In this document: positions 21,401-31,093 of the stretch, one piece after another
Numbering within the stretch: position 1 is the first letter of the stretch
How the letters are laid out: each line of letters starts with the position of its first letter
From: Macrostomum lignano
Lineage: Eukaryota
DNA: 37,422 nt
Direction of reading: 5' to 3'
NCBI GenBank assembly: GCA_002269645.1
Contig: NIVC01004706.1
Location: forward strand, 1 to 37,422
Program-made: the position numbers and the translations under genes
Notes under the pieces: generated by a model
Told to the model about the DNA's origin: nothing
The model's database searches: none
Seen by the model: only the letters and a program-made list of their open reading frames with translations

Positions 21401-22165
21401 ATTTTAAAATTAATATAGCCACTAAATATAAAACAAAAAACAATAGATTCAATATATTAATACAGTATATTTCTTTGATAGCTAATGTATCTCTTAGAAG
21501 ACTAGCTTAGACATTAGATATGAGGTTCAAATGATTTGTCTATATTTGTAAAGACATAGACTTAAAAGTCGAGATCTATTAATTCTTAGACATTTCATTA
21601 TTTTAATCTAGCCTAACCAGGTATTTTAAATAGTTATTGTTGCTTAAAGGTAGGGCTTGAATTAGCTTCTTAAATCCCCCTATTAAGCCTTAAGTAGCTT
21701 AAAGGCACACAATGACAAAATGCATTTATAAAAAGCATAGGCCCATTATAGAAAAATAAATAAATAAGCATATAGATTAGTTAGGCCTAGTTAATTAAAT
21801 CTTTCTTATTATATTAACTATTATTTTTTAGATTTTATTCAAATATATTTAACACACAAAAGGGAAAATTGATAGAGTATCATCAACTTTCTAATTAGAA
21901 TTTAAAAACTTAAGACTAAGAGTAAAATAAAACCTATACATAGATGATAGAACCTATCCCAAAAATCTTAGTTACCTAAGCAACATGCAATATACGCCTA
22001 TATAATGGCCTAATGCTAAGAATAGGCCCTCTTGAATATTTTTACTATTTAAAGAGTTTGGACTAGGCTAAATATAATTGGTACCATGGCATAATTAGAT
22101 TGACACCTTGGCTTACCTGGTAAAACACAGAGAATTTTAGCAGCTTCCTCTTTAGAAATAATCAT
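12187..22165 (-). CDS. TTC31: J-domain / TTC31-like TPR / UBA-like / RRM protein, 8 exons: 22165-22117, 21179-21082, 20712-20583, 20497-20414, 20003-19843, 19600-19196, 14347-13340, 12432-12187; ~726 aa
   Basis: All introns GT-AG with consistent phases (2181 nt). J-domain MIISKEEAAKILCVLPDASETEIKSAYRRLALQYHPDK...KFQEISLAYKKL; TTC31-type EAEKQAKELIEAEEREKRRAQRKQEKRRKKR and EEFDEASAFV; TPR helices; C-terminal RRM (NCRSLWVGSV...CYAFVNM). The symbol is a family-level call. Confidence 0.8.
12480..13210. repeat. Intronic minisatellite, ~23-bp unit CTGCGATTCTTTAGGGATTTT(G/C)(G/A)
   Basis: Tandem copies read directly. Confidence 0.95.
13340..14347 (-). CDS. Exon 7: Q/P-rich linker, about three TPR motifs and a UBA-like motif
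   Basis: GTCACAG|GAGGAG...CCTGGG|GTAATT; 1008 nt open; AIRLDPTDCRYYGSRAACYYRLG, SPQYVKGFYILGQA; SLGLDRGLCSRALDLANGDIEAAANRLL. Confidence 0.9.
14440..14737. repeat. 35-bp minisatellite CTCAGCTGAGGTCAGTGCCCCCTCCCAGCCAGTCA, left flank of the hAT-like element
   Basis: Tandem copies ending exactly at the TIR. Confidence 0.97.
14738..18014 (+). mobile_element. hAT-like DNA transposon, 3277 bp, in intron 6 of the J/TTC31-like gene
   Basis: Perfect 17-bp TIRs CAGTGGTGGGAGTGAGG (14738-14754) and CCTCACTCCCACCACTG (17998-18014); subterminal GCGCGAA-rich repeats; internal transposase. Confidence 0.9.
15194..17589 (+). pseudogene. hAT-like transposase (~798 aa if repaired), one frameshift at the A5 run 16300-16304
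   Basis: BED-like CAWC...H...H; putative catalytic QIDE, MSDSC and EVERIFS; CxxH motif GCSLHHIHN; TRW motif; C-terminal coiled coil. Adding one A joins ...EPLK to KYFFDS... Confidence 0.85.
18015..19066. repeat. Right part of the same 35-bp minisatellite, grading into a variant unit after ~18850
   Basis: Resumes directly after the right TIR with GTGCTTCCTCCCAGCC. Confidence 0.97.
19196..19600 (-). CDS. Exon 6: basic coiled-coil and Ala/Gln-rich region
   Basis: CCCGCAG|GAGGCG...GAAGAG|GTAATA; 405 nt; phase 0-0. Confidence 0.85.
19843..20003 (-). CDS. Exon 5
   Basis: GTCATTAG|TATAC...CCTGAG|GTGAGT; 161 nt. Confidence 0.7.
20004..20336. repeat. Intronic minisatellite, 45-bp unit GCAGACGGACCTTCAGATTCTGAGGCTGCTGTCCCCAAACTCTAA
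   Basis: About 7 tandem copies abutting the exon-5 acceptor. Confidence 0.96.
20414..20497 (-). CDS. Exon 4 (acidic: SEDVDDFYCDDEDEDYSD)
   Basis: CATTCCAG|TTTCAG...GACG|GTGAGC; 84 nt. Confidence 0.7.
20583..20712 (-). CDS. Exon 3 (end of J-domain: KFQEISLAYKKL)
   Basis: CTCGTAG|AAGTTC...GATT|GTGAGC; 130 nt. Confidence 0.75.
20809..20965. repeat. Intronic minisatellite, 25-bp unit GATGTCAGTGGGGAAGGTGGAGTTG
   Basis: About 6 tandem copies. Confidence 0.9.
21082..21179 (-). CDS. Exon 2 (J-domain helix II and HPD)
   Basis: TTTATAG|ATGCC...ACTAAG|GTTTGT; ASETEIKSAYRRLALQYHPDK. Confidence 0.88.
22117..22165 (-). CDS. Exon 1 (MIISKEEAAKILCVLP-D)
   Basis: ATG at 22165, donor |GTAAGC, phase 1 completes Asp with exon 2; resembles J-domain helix I. 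Confidence 0.75.
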
Positions 22166-23300
22166 ATTTAAGAATGCAAGCTTTTGTATTTTGTTATTGA
22201 CTAATTGATTCTTCTCGACTATGCCTACTGTTACAGGCTTAACTCTTTTTAGCTAGTATCAATCAATAACTAACAATGTAGGCCTATACTATATCACTAT
22301 ATCAGGCCAGGCCTAACCACTAGCCTAATAATACAAGATCACTATCACGTTTATTAATTAAAAATTAGCTAAAAAAACAAGTTAGTAAGTTGACATAACT
22401 AGTGTATATATGACTTATAAATAAAATGGACTATACTTTCAGACAAGGGAGTCAGACAATCAACTCAACTGCGTGATGAATTAGGCCAATTGAAACTTAG
22501 TACTATGTGACTGTTATTTTAAAAGACAAAGTTTTCGGTTTAAAAAATTTTAACAAAAGAAGATGTAATATTGGCTTCTGTTTTTCAGTCTTGCATGACT
22601 ACACTTTTTAAAAACTCCTTTCTTAGGTGCAAATTTTAAATTATTCTTATTGCTAAGTACATATATATTTCCTTTGTACCTGTGAGTGTAAATGTATCGG
22701 CTGAACAGTTTGACGATGAGCTCACTCGTTTTTGCACAATTGTGTTTTTGTGATCATTAGTTTAAACTAATGAAGTGCTGGATGAGCTGTTGAACTCTTT
22801 TGACGAAATTTCATAAGCGCATTAATTTTTTAAGCGTCCCTGGGGTTACACTGTTGTATTTCTGGTAAATAGATCGAACGAACAGACTTCGATTGGTTAG
22901 TACGTTTACCAGGCCGACAGAGTGCTCGGCAGAGAGGAGAAGTGTGTATTTGCATTATAAGCGCAAGTAGCAATCCGAGCTAGTGAGACAGAGAAGAGAG
23001 AGAGTCTTGGTTTTAGTAAAGTAGGGGTGCTTTTACATCTAGTATAGCCTTGGGATGCGCGAGAGAATTAAATTTCAAGAATGTTACTATTTTTAGTATA
23101 TGCCATATGGGGAGAGTGGCAGAAGCTTCCAGAATAGAGGCTATAGCTACACTAGTTATATATTATCTATGCACTCCCAAAACCAACCGATCGAGCTAGA
23201 ACTATTCACACGCGAAATTAAAGATCTAATGAGCTAATTATCTGCAGCAAAAATTGCAATTGATTATTACTGCACATGCACTATACATAATTGTTACATG

Positions 23301-24066
23301 CAGGGGTGTCGCCATGGATTTTATGGTGGGGGGGACAAAGCCAATAATTATACATGTACATAGACTACTAAATTCTTTACATGTATACAATATTTTCAGA
23401 ATCGGTGTTGTTAGCACTGATTTTTTTAGCGCCGCAGGCGCACTCAGTTTAGCGCTGCAGCTGCACTCATTTTAGCGCGGCAGGCACTCATTTTAGCGCG
23501 GCAGGCACTCATTTTAGCGCGGCAGGCACTCATTTTAGCGCGGCAGGCACTCATTTTAGCGCGGCAGGCACTCATTTTAGCGCGGCAGGCACTCATTTTA
23601 GCGCGGCAGGCACTCATTTTAGCGCGGCAGGCACTCATTTTAGCGCGGCAGGCACTCATTTTAGCGCGGCAGGCACTCATTTTAGCGCGGCAGGCACTCA
23701 TTTTAGCGCGGCAGGCACTCATTTTAGCGCGGCAGGCACTCATTTTAGCGCGGCAGGCACTCATTTTAGCGCGGCAGGCACTCATTTTAGCGCGGCAGGC
23801 ACTCATTTTAGCGCGGCAGGCACTCATTTTAGCGCGGCAGGCACTCATTTTAGCGCCGCAGGCACTCATTTTAGCGCGGCAGGCACTCATTTTAGCGCCG
23901 CAAGCACTATGTTTTGTCGCCCTGCAGCAAATTTATTGATTTCCATAAATATATATTACGGGGTCACAAATGCAAGGTGGGGTACTGCGGGGACAAATTG
24001 TATCCCCCAAGATCTTTTACTGGGGGCATGTGGTCCCCCTGTCCCCCCCCCCGTTGGCGACAAGGA
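23301..24066. mobile_element. Possible degenerate MITE enclosing the 21-bp array
   Basis: Left end CAGGGGTGTCGCCA...GGGGGGGACA; right end TGTCCCCCCCCCC..TGGCGACA (imperfect inverted match); no TSD seen. Confidence 0.35.
23429..23908. repeat. Minisatellite, 21-bp unit GCAGGCACTCATTTTAGCGCG
   Basis: About 22 near-identical tandem copies. Confidence 0.97.
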
Positions 24067-24476
24067 CCAAGGACCAAGGACATGTAGATCAAGGACCACA
24101 AAGTAGCAGTAACATTGTGTGTACGATGATGAGTATACTTTTTCTAGTGGTCCAACTGTACTAGATTTGATCCTTTGATATTCTTTTTACCGAAAATCAC
24201 ACTACGCGACTAATGTAAAATGTACGAAAAATTACTTATCAGCAAGCTGACTCAGGGGTGTCGGAACCGGGAGGGCACGGGGGGGGGGCTGGAGCCCCCT
24301 CACTTTTTAGCATGATCCAGCAAGTGCCCTTTTTGAATTTTAAGCAAGTGTCGGCCGGTTTTCGGCTTTGGCTTTTCTGAGTCTTAGAAGCTAAGGGCTG
24401 ATATAATAGTTAATGTTGTTCTCAATCCCATTCACTACAGTTTTATCTAATGTGCCTAAGCCTAGTGCTTTTAGTG

Positions 24477-25440
24477 CAGGGGTCAGCAAAATTTTTACCT
24501 TAAGGGCCAGATTAATAAACCTAGCGCGGCGCAATGACTGCCCTTCTGGGTCTGCTTCCCTGGGCCCCCTAAATGAAACGCGCCCAGGAGTCCCTGGTGA
24601 TTGCAGGCAAGAGAAGGGAGAGGATAGGGAATAGAGAAGAGAACTGTACGAGTACGAGCGTAGGAGAAAGGAGAGGCTAAAGAATAAAGGAGAAGAGAGT
24701 AGACGAGAAGAGAGATAAAATAGAAGAGGGGAGATGAATGAGGAGAGTCGAGATTTAAGAGAGAGGAGAGATGGAGGGAAGGTGAAGAGAATGGAGAGGA
24801 AAAGGGATTTGAGAGATGATACGAGCTAAGAGAGGAGAGGAGATGGTAAAAGAGGAGAGAGGAGAGGAGAGGAGAGGAGAGGAGAGGGGAGGAAAAGGAG
24901 AGGTAAGAAGAGGAAAGGAGAGAGGAGAGGAGATAGGTGAGGAGAGGAGAGAGGAGATATGTGAGGAGAGGAGAGGAGAGGAGAGGAGAGGAGAGGAGAT
25001 AGGTGAGGAGATGAGAGGAGAGGAGGGGAGAGAGGTGAGAAGAGGAAAGGAGAGAGGAGAAGAGATAGGTGAGGAGATGAGATGAGAGGAGAGAGGAGAG
25101 GAGAGGAGAGGAGAGAGGACAGGAGAGGAGAGGAGAGAGGAGATATGTGAGGAGAGGAGAGAAGAGGAGAGGAGATAGGTGAGGAGATGAGAGGAGAGGA
25201 GAGGAGAGAGGTGAGAAGAGAAAAAGAGAGAGGAGAGGAGATAGGTGAGGAGATGAGATGAGAGGAGAGAGGAGAGGAGATAATATGAGAAGAGAGAGCT
25301 GAGGAAAGAGAGCTGAGAAGAGACAAACATCGAGTGGGCCGGATTGCTATTGTGAAGATTTAAAGGATCCGAGGGCCGGACAGAGATCAGAGGCTTTGCA
25401 GGCCACATTTGGCCCTCAGGCCGGAGTTTGCTGACCCCTG
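24477..25440. mobile_element. hAT (Charlie/Buster-type) MITE nested in the outer element
   Basis: Perfect 14-bp TIR CAGGGGTCAGCAAA / TTTGCTGACCCCTG; 8-bp TSD TTTTAGTG / TTTTTGTG (7/8); subterminal GGCC motifs. Confidence 0.8.
24640..25322. repeat. GA-rich (GAGAG)n-like low-complexity tract inside the MITE
   Basis: Read directly. Confidence 0.93.
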
Positions 25441-27304
25441 TTTTTGTGTTTACCGTTTCGCTTTGGCGTCTCTGATCGAAATTCCGAGTCCGCCGCAATC
25501 CCAAGCTGCTGCTGCAGCGCTGCAACCAAAAATCACTAAAATACCGTCAGCTAAAAGAATAGAGTCAGCACCAAGAGGAACTGAAGTAGAGAACCAGAAA
25601 ACTACTGGTCTTGCCCTTGCAATTTTCATTCATTTGAGATATTTACTAAAGAAATTGATAATGCAATTTTCGCAATTGCAGTTGCGCAATGTTTGAATCA
25701 GTTGAAAATTTGAACATTTTCAGACTTGTCCACTTCCAACACAGAATTGAATATCGGCCTGGTTGTCACAATTTCACAAACTGAAATAACTGCAGGAGTT
25801 TGGGTGCCCTTAGATTAAAAGAAATTATGTGCAATGTGCCCTCCCACCAATAGCCCCCCCCACTTTGAAATATGTTCCGACACCGCTGCAAGCTGTGACC
25901 CTTTTAAAAAATTAAAACGATGAGGTTAAACTAAGGTTTGTTAAACTGAGTTCACCTCAGTAAAACTGAGTAAACCTCAATTAGTTAAACTGAGGTTTAA
26001 CTAATTTAGTTAAATTAAACTAAATTAAATGAAACAAAATGGAAGAATTAAACTAAAATCAAATTGATAAGTGTCAAAATGCAACTAAGAAATTAAACGC
26101 TTTAATGTTTACATGTCAGTTAAAATTGTTTTGAAAAATTGTTTTGTTTCATTTTGACACATGCATTAAAAGACACCATCAGATGATGCTTATATTTTGT
26201 CACTGTGTGTCACTAGAATTTTGATTTGCCTTTTATTTCTAGAATAACGAAATCCGGTTGGGTTAAGTTAAATCCCCAAACCTGACGTGGATTTTTCGTA
26301 AAAAATAGTGCTACTCAACCTTAAAGTCACTATCGAATGAAATAGTTCTTTTAAAACTCAAAAGAGTCACATGTGAAATAGCCGCCTGACAAAAATTGTG
26401 AAAATCAAAAAACTTTAACGGAATGAGATTGAAGGTAAGTTAAACAAAGTGTCATAACCTTAAACTAGTTATTGCGCTAGTGTGCTGCAATATTACTTTT
26501 ATTAACCTTTAAATAGTTTTTTCAAAAACTTTTTAGGTTGTAACGTGATAAACACTTTTATACGCTTCGATAATTCAAAAGTATAGTTTTCCGCGAACCA
26601 CTTCTCCACGCTTTTCATGCACGGTGTCTTAACGGTCTAATTAAAGATAAAGGCATGCGAATACAGCAGCATACAGGCTTCAAAGCCGATCTTGTCTCGA
26701 GTTAACTACCTTTGCTTTGAATGACCAAAATTATTTCTTGAACTTATGACTATGATATCTTAAAATTATGTCTACTATGGCATTTAAGATAGGGTTTTAA
26801 ACTGTTTTTAGTGTAAAAATAAAGCCATACATATGGGCTATGGCCATTCCAATTTAATTTGAGCCTTGCAAAGAGGCAACTAATATTTCTATTTGTTTTC
26901 TAATAGAAATTATGATTCTAAATATATTGATATATTAGTATCTATAAAAATTATATATTTATATAACAGGAAAATTTATTAATTTCATAATATTTTATGA
27001 ATCTTTTGACATTTTTGTCTTTGTAGTTAAAAGTTATAAAATAGAAGTTGTTATTGTTAATGTTATTATTTTATGTAGTACAAGTTGGACTAATCTTTAA
27101 CCCTTATCTATTTAAAGTATCATATATTAATTTTATTAGATTTTCTTTGTTTGATTTTATATAACATAATTTTAGTAAATTCATGTATTCCTTCACTAAT
27201 AATAATTCTATTTTGTTTATGCTACTAATCTTCATCATGAATAAGTTGATATTAGTGCTTTGAATTTAATTTTTCATGCCTGCTATTAAGCTGAAGAAGA
27301 CAAA

Positions 27305-28669
27305 ATGATACATACTACAAATAAACTGTCGCTAATGTTTGCATGGTTGTTTTTACCTTGGCTTCTGCTTCCTCTATCAACTCAAGCTGTGTCCACCCCA
27401 GCTGCTAGCCAGTGTCAACAGATTGGCAGCTTATGCAACTTGACTGTCTGTCCTAACCAAGATAGCATTCTTGTCCCATGTCCAGAATTGTCTTCTACTG
27501 AGTCAATTGATCGCATTGAGTATCTGCCTTTGCCTATTGGTAGCTCAGATCAATGCAGCTTGGATGACACCAGTCAGGCATTGCCAGCCTGTCTCAGTTT
27601 GAGAAACTTGGACCTGAATGAAGAAAGCTCCAATTTGAGAGACTGCTATACATCGCTGAAAAACAGCATTAGGGATCAGCTGAAACTCCGTGCAACTGGG
27701 CGCTGTGTGCTGAACATCCCACTCAGGCTTGCAAGTGCCTGTTATCAATTGGGGAAGTCAGACGATCGTCTTCTCAGATCCTCAAAAGACTGCAGTGAGC
27801 TGGCTAGTGGAAACCAGCTATATTTTATGAATATTGTGTTGTCAAGAAGTAAGTAAAGATTTTTTCTTTTATGAATTTGATTTTATGAAGTGGTGGAAAG
27901 TCGTTGTAACCTTGTCCTTTACACCAATCTCAATCCCTCCTCACCAACCTCATTCCCCCATCACCAACCTGCCTCCCTCGCCTCCCTCCTCACTAACCTC
28001 ACTTCCTCCTCACTAATCTCACTCCCTCCTTACTAACCTCACCTCACTCCCTCCCTAACCTCACTCCCCCATCACCAACCTACCTCCCTCGCCTCCCTCC
28101 TCACTAACCTCACTCCCTCACTCCTCACTAACCTCACTCCCTCACTCCTCACTAACCTCACTCCCTCCCTCCTCACCAACCTCACTCCCTCCTTCACCAA
28201 CCTCATTTCCTCCTCACCAACCTCACGTCTCCTCGCAAACGCTGATTCTTCCACATGAGTTGCTAAAGCAGTTTAACTATGCTGAATTCTCTATGCCTAA
28301 CTTTCACTCCGCAGAAGTTGCTCCAACGTTGCCATTCACTAGCAGCACCACGACAGCCACAACAGCAAGTGAGTTATTTATTTTTCGTTCTAAAAATGTA
28401 TTTTTTCTTTCTTTTCTAAACAACTATTTCTAATGTCTCAATCGTGAAAAAATAACTCGCTTAAAAATTGTGCGCCATAGCGTCCCTAACGACCAGTGAT
28501 TTCCCGTCGGTGATGACAAGTGCCACCGTTGCTAGCACAAAAATTGCCGACAGCAGCAGCAGCAGCAGCAATGACATCAGCAGTACAACTAGTGGCATCA
28601 GCAGTAGCCGCAACGGGGATAGAGGCAGCGAATTCTCTGAGCAGCAAAGTAGCACAATTGCAAGGCCAG
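27305..28669 (+). CDS. Secreted or cell-surface protein, signal peptide + 10-Cys domain + Ser/Thr-rich stalk; exons 27305-27848, 28315-28368, 28481-28669; 3' end unresolved
   Basis: Hydrophobic N-terminus MFAWLFLPWLLLPLSTQA; donors GTAAGT, GTGAGT and GTATTC with matching acceptors; all introns phase 1; no family recognised. Confidence 0.7.
27945..28225. repeat. Imperfect CT-rich intronic repeat (~20 bp, CCTCACTCCCTCCTCACTAA-like)
   Basis: Read directly. Confidence 0.8.
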
Positions 28670-28877
28670 GTATTCTGAATCCCATTTATTCGTCTAAGCA
28701 TAATGCGGTTGCTGTGTCAACTACAATAGTCTGATTCAATTTGATGTGAAAAAAATGTTTGACTTTTTTATTTGATTCTTACAATATTGCATCTTTTGAG
28801 TGTGGTTGTGCCTGTTCTTATACTCGAATTCTCCTGCTTGAGGAAGGTTGCCAGGATATGGACAGCGGTTTTTTAGT

Positions 28878-29722
28878 GTAGACAGTGAGGCAGCCAGGGT
28901 AGACAGTGAGGCAGCCAGGGTAGACAGTGAGGCTGACAGAGCAGACAGTGAAGTAGACAGGGTCGGACAGTGAGGTAGCCAGGGTAGACAGAGAGGTAGC
29001 CAGGTTGGACAGTGAGGTAGCCAGGGTAGACAGTGAGGTAGCCAGGGTCAGACAGTGTGGTAGCTAGGGTAGACAGTGAGGTAACCAGGGTAGACAGTGA
29101 GGTAGCCAGGGTAGACAGTGAGGTAGCCAGGGTAGACAGTGAGGTAGCCAGGGTAGACAGTGAGGTAACCAGGGTAGACAGTGAGGTAGCCAGGGTCAGA
29201 CAGTGTGGTAGCTAGGGTAGACAGTGAGGTAACCAGGGTAGACAGTGAGGTAGCCAGGGTAGACAGTGAGGTAGCCAGGGTAGACAGTGAGGTAGCCAGG
29301 GTAGACAGTGAGGTAGCCAGGGTAGACAGTGAGGGTAGCCAGGGTAGACAGTGAGGTAGCCAGGGTAGACAGTGAGGTAGTCAGGGTAGACAGAGAGGCT
29401 GACAGAGCAGACAGTGAAGTAGCCAGGGTAGGCAGTGAGGTTTCCAGGTTAGACAGTGAAGTAGCCAGGGTAGACAGTGAGGTAGCCAGGGTAGACAGTG
29501 AGGTAGCCAGGGTAGACAGTGAGGTAGCCAGGGTAGACAGTGAGGGTAGCCAGGGTAGACAGTGAGGTAGCCAGGGTAGACAGTGAGGTAGTCAGGGTAG
29601 ACAGAGAGGCTGACAGAGCAGACAGTGAAGTAGCCAGGGTAGGCAGTGAGGTTTCCAGGTTAGACAGTGAAGTAGCCAGGGTAGACAGTAAAGTAGCCAG
29701 GGTAGGCAGTGAGGTTTCCAGG
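28878..29722. repeat. Minisatellite, 21-bp unit GTAGCCAGGGTAGACAGTGAG, with an internal block duplication
   Basis: Tandem copies; a variant block (~29330-29520) recurs at ~29540-29720. Confidence 0.96.
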
Positions 29723-30545
29723 GCAGTCAGTTGCCAGGGTATGGGCAAGCTGAAACAATGTAAAACTACTGCGAATATCAAAATCTGCTGAGACTTTCTA
29801 AAAAGAGGGCCTAATTCAGGCTAATTGGACTAACCGTATGTATCGGTGTGTGCGGGGCAGCACTAGCTCGATTTCTTACAGCGGTGCAGAAACTGCGCAG
29901 TCTGCCTGGGTGTGCCAGAACTTCTGTCAATAATAAAATATACAATAAGTTTTTTCGGCTCTCTATTTTTTTCTTCCATACAGTCTCTGCTTTTGTAAAT
30001 ATACATTTTTGTATCGGTTTGTGCTTTAGAGAAATCTTCTGGAGACGGAATCAACAGCATCAAGTTATTGCTATTTTGAGTATTACAGAATAGCACTGCT
30101 GGGCCATTGGCAGATCAGCAGTTTACGAGCGTACTGGGGAAAAATTTTTCACGGGATTTGCAGCTGCGAGTCTGGCACTAATTTTCCCATCATCCACCTC
30201 ATCTCTTTGAACTGCGACTGCAGCATTCTCATTTGTCCCAATAGCCCCTCTCCCCTACCATCATCTGCTTCCCATCTCCTGTCGTTATCCCAACCAAGCC
30301 TTCTGATTTGCACTTTTCAGTTTGTTGTGTCCGCCTTTTCAATAAGTTTTTTTCGCTTTCTCTCCTTTCTCGTCTGGGCGACACTCCGTTAATGGGGTTG
30401 ACGACTTGCAGGCAGTTTTTTTTCTTCACTTCAGCTTATGGATACCTGTTAGTACCTGTTGATTGCTGGTATCACTATCCTGCATGATTAATACTCACTG
30501 ATAATTATTAACACTATGGTGCTGAAATACTAGGACATACGCTAA

Positions 30546-30548
30546 GGC

Positions 30549-30624
<76 letters not shown>

Positions 30625-30645
30625 GACAGACAGACAGACAGACAC

Positions 30646-30700
<55 letters not shown>

Positions 30701-30717
30701 CACACACAGACAGACAC

Positions 30718-30816
<99 letters not shown>

Positions 30817-30817
30817 C

Positions 30818-30852
<35 letters not shown>

Positions 30853-30881
30853 CACACACAGACCGACACACAGACAGACAC

Positions 30882-30965
<84 letters not shown>

Positions 30966-31020
30966 TAAGACAGATAGACAGACACACAGACAGACAGACA
31001 GACAGACACACACACAGACC

Positions 31021-31072
<52 letters not shown>

Positions 31073-31093
31073 CACTAAGACAGACAGACAGAC
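30546..31093. repeat. (GACA)n microsatellite
   Basis: Read directly. Confidence 0.98.

Larger units (their letters stand above)
24253..25888. mobile_element. Non-autonomous TIR element (outer MITE)
   Basis: 15-bp TIR with one mismatch, CAGGGGTGTCGGAAC / GTTCCGACACCGCTG; CAAGCTG occurs near both flanks but is offset on the left, so the TSD is unclear. Confidence 0.55.

Noticed and set aside
23444-23890. (MSACRAK)n ORF
   Set aside because: Translation of a 21-bp repeat
24755-25525. S/L/P-rich ORFs
   Set aside because: GA/CT low-complexity tract inside a MITE
29329-29791. (ARVDSEV)n coiled-coil-like ORFs as exons of the secreted protein
   Set aside because: 21-bp repeat with frame-breaking insertions and no supporting acceptor
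30495-31075. (CLSV)n ORFs
   Set aside because: GACA microsatellite
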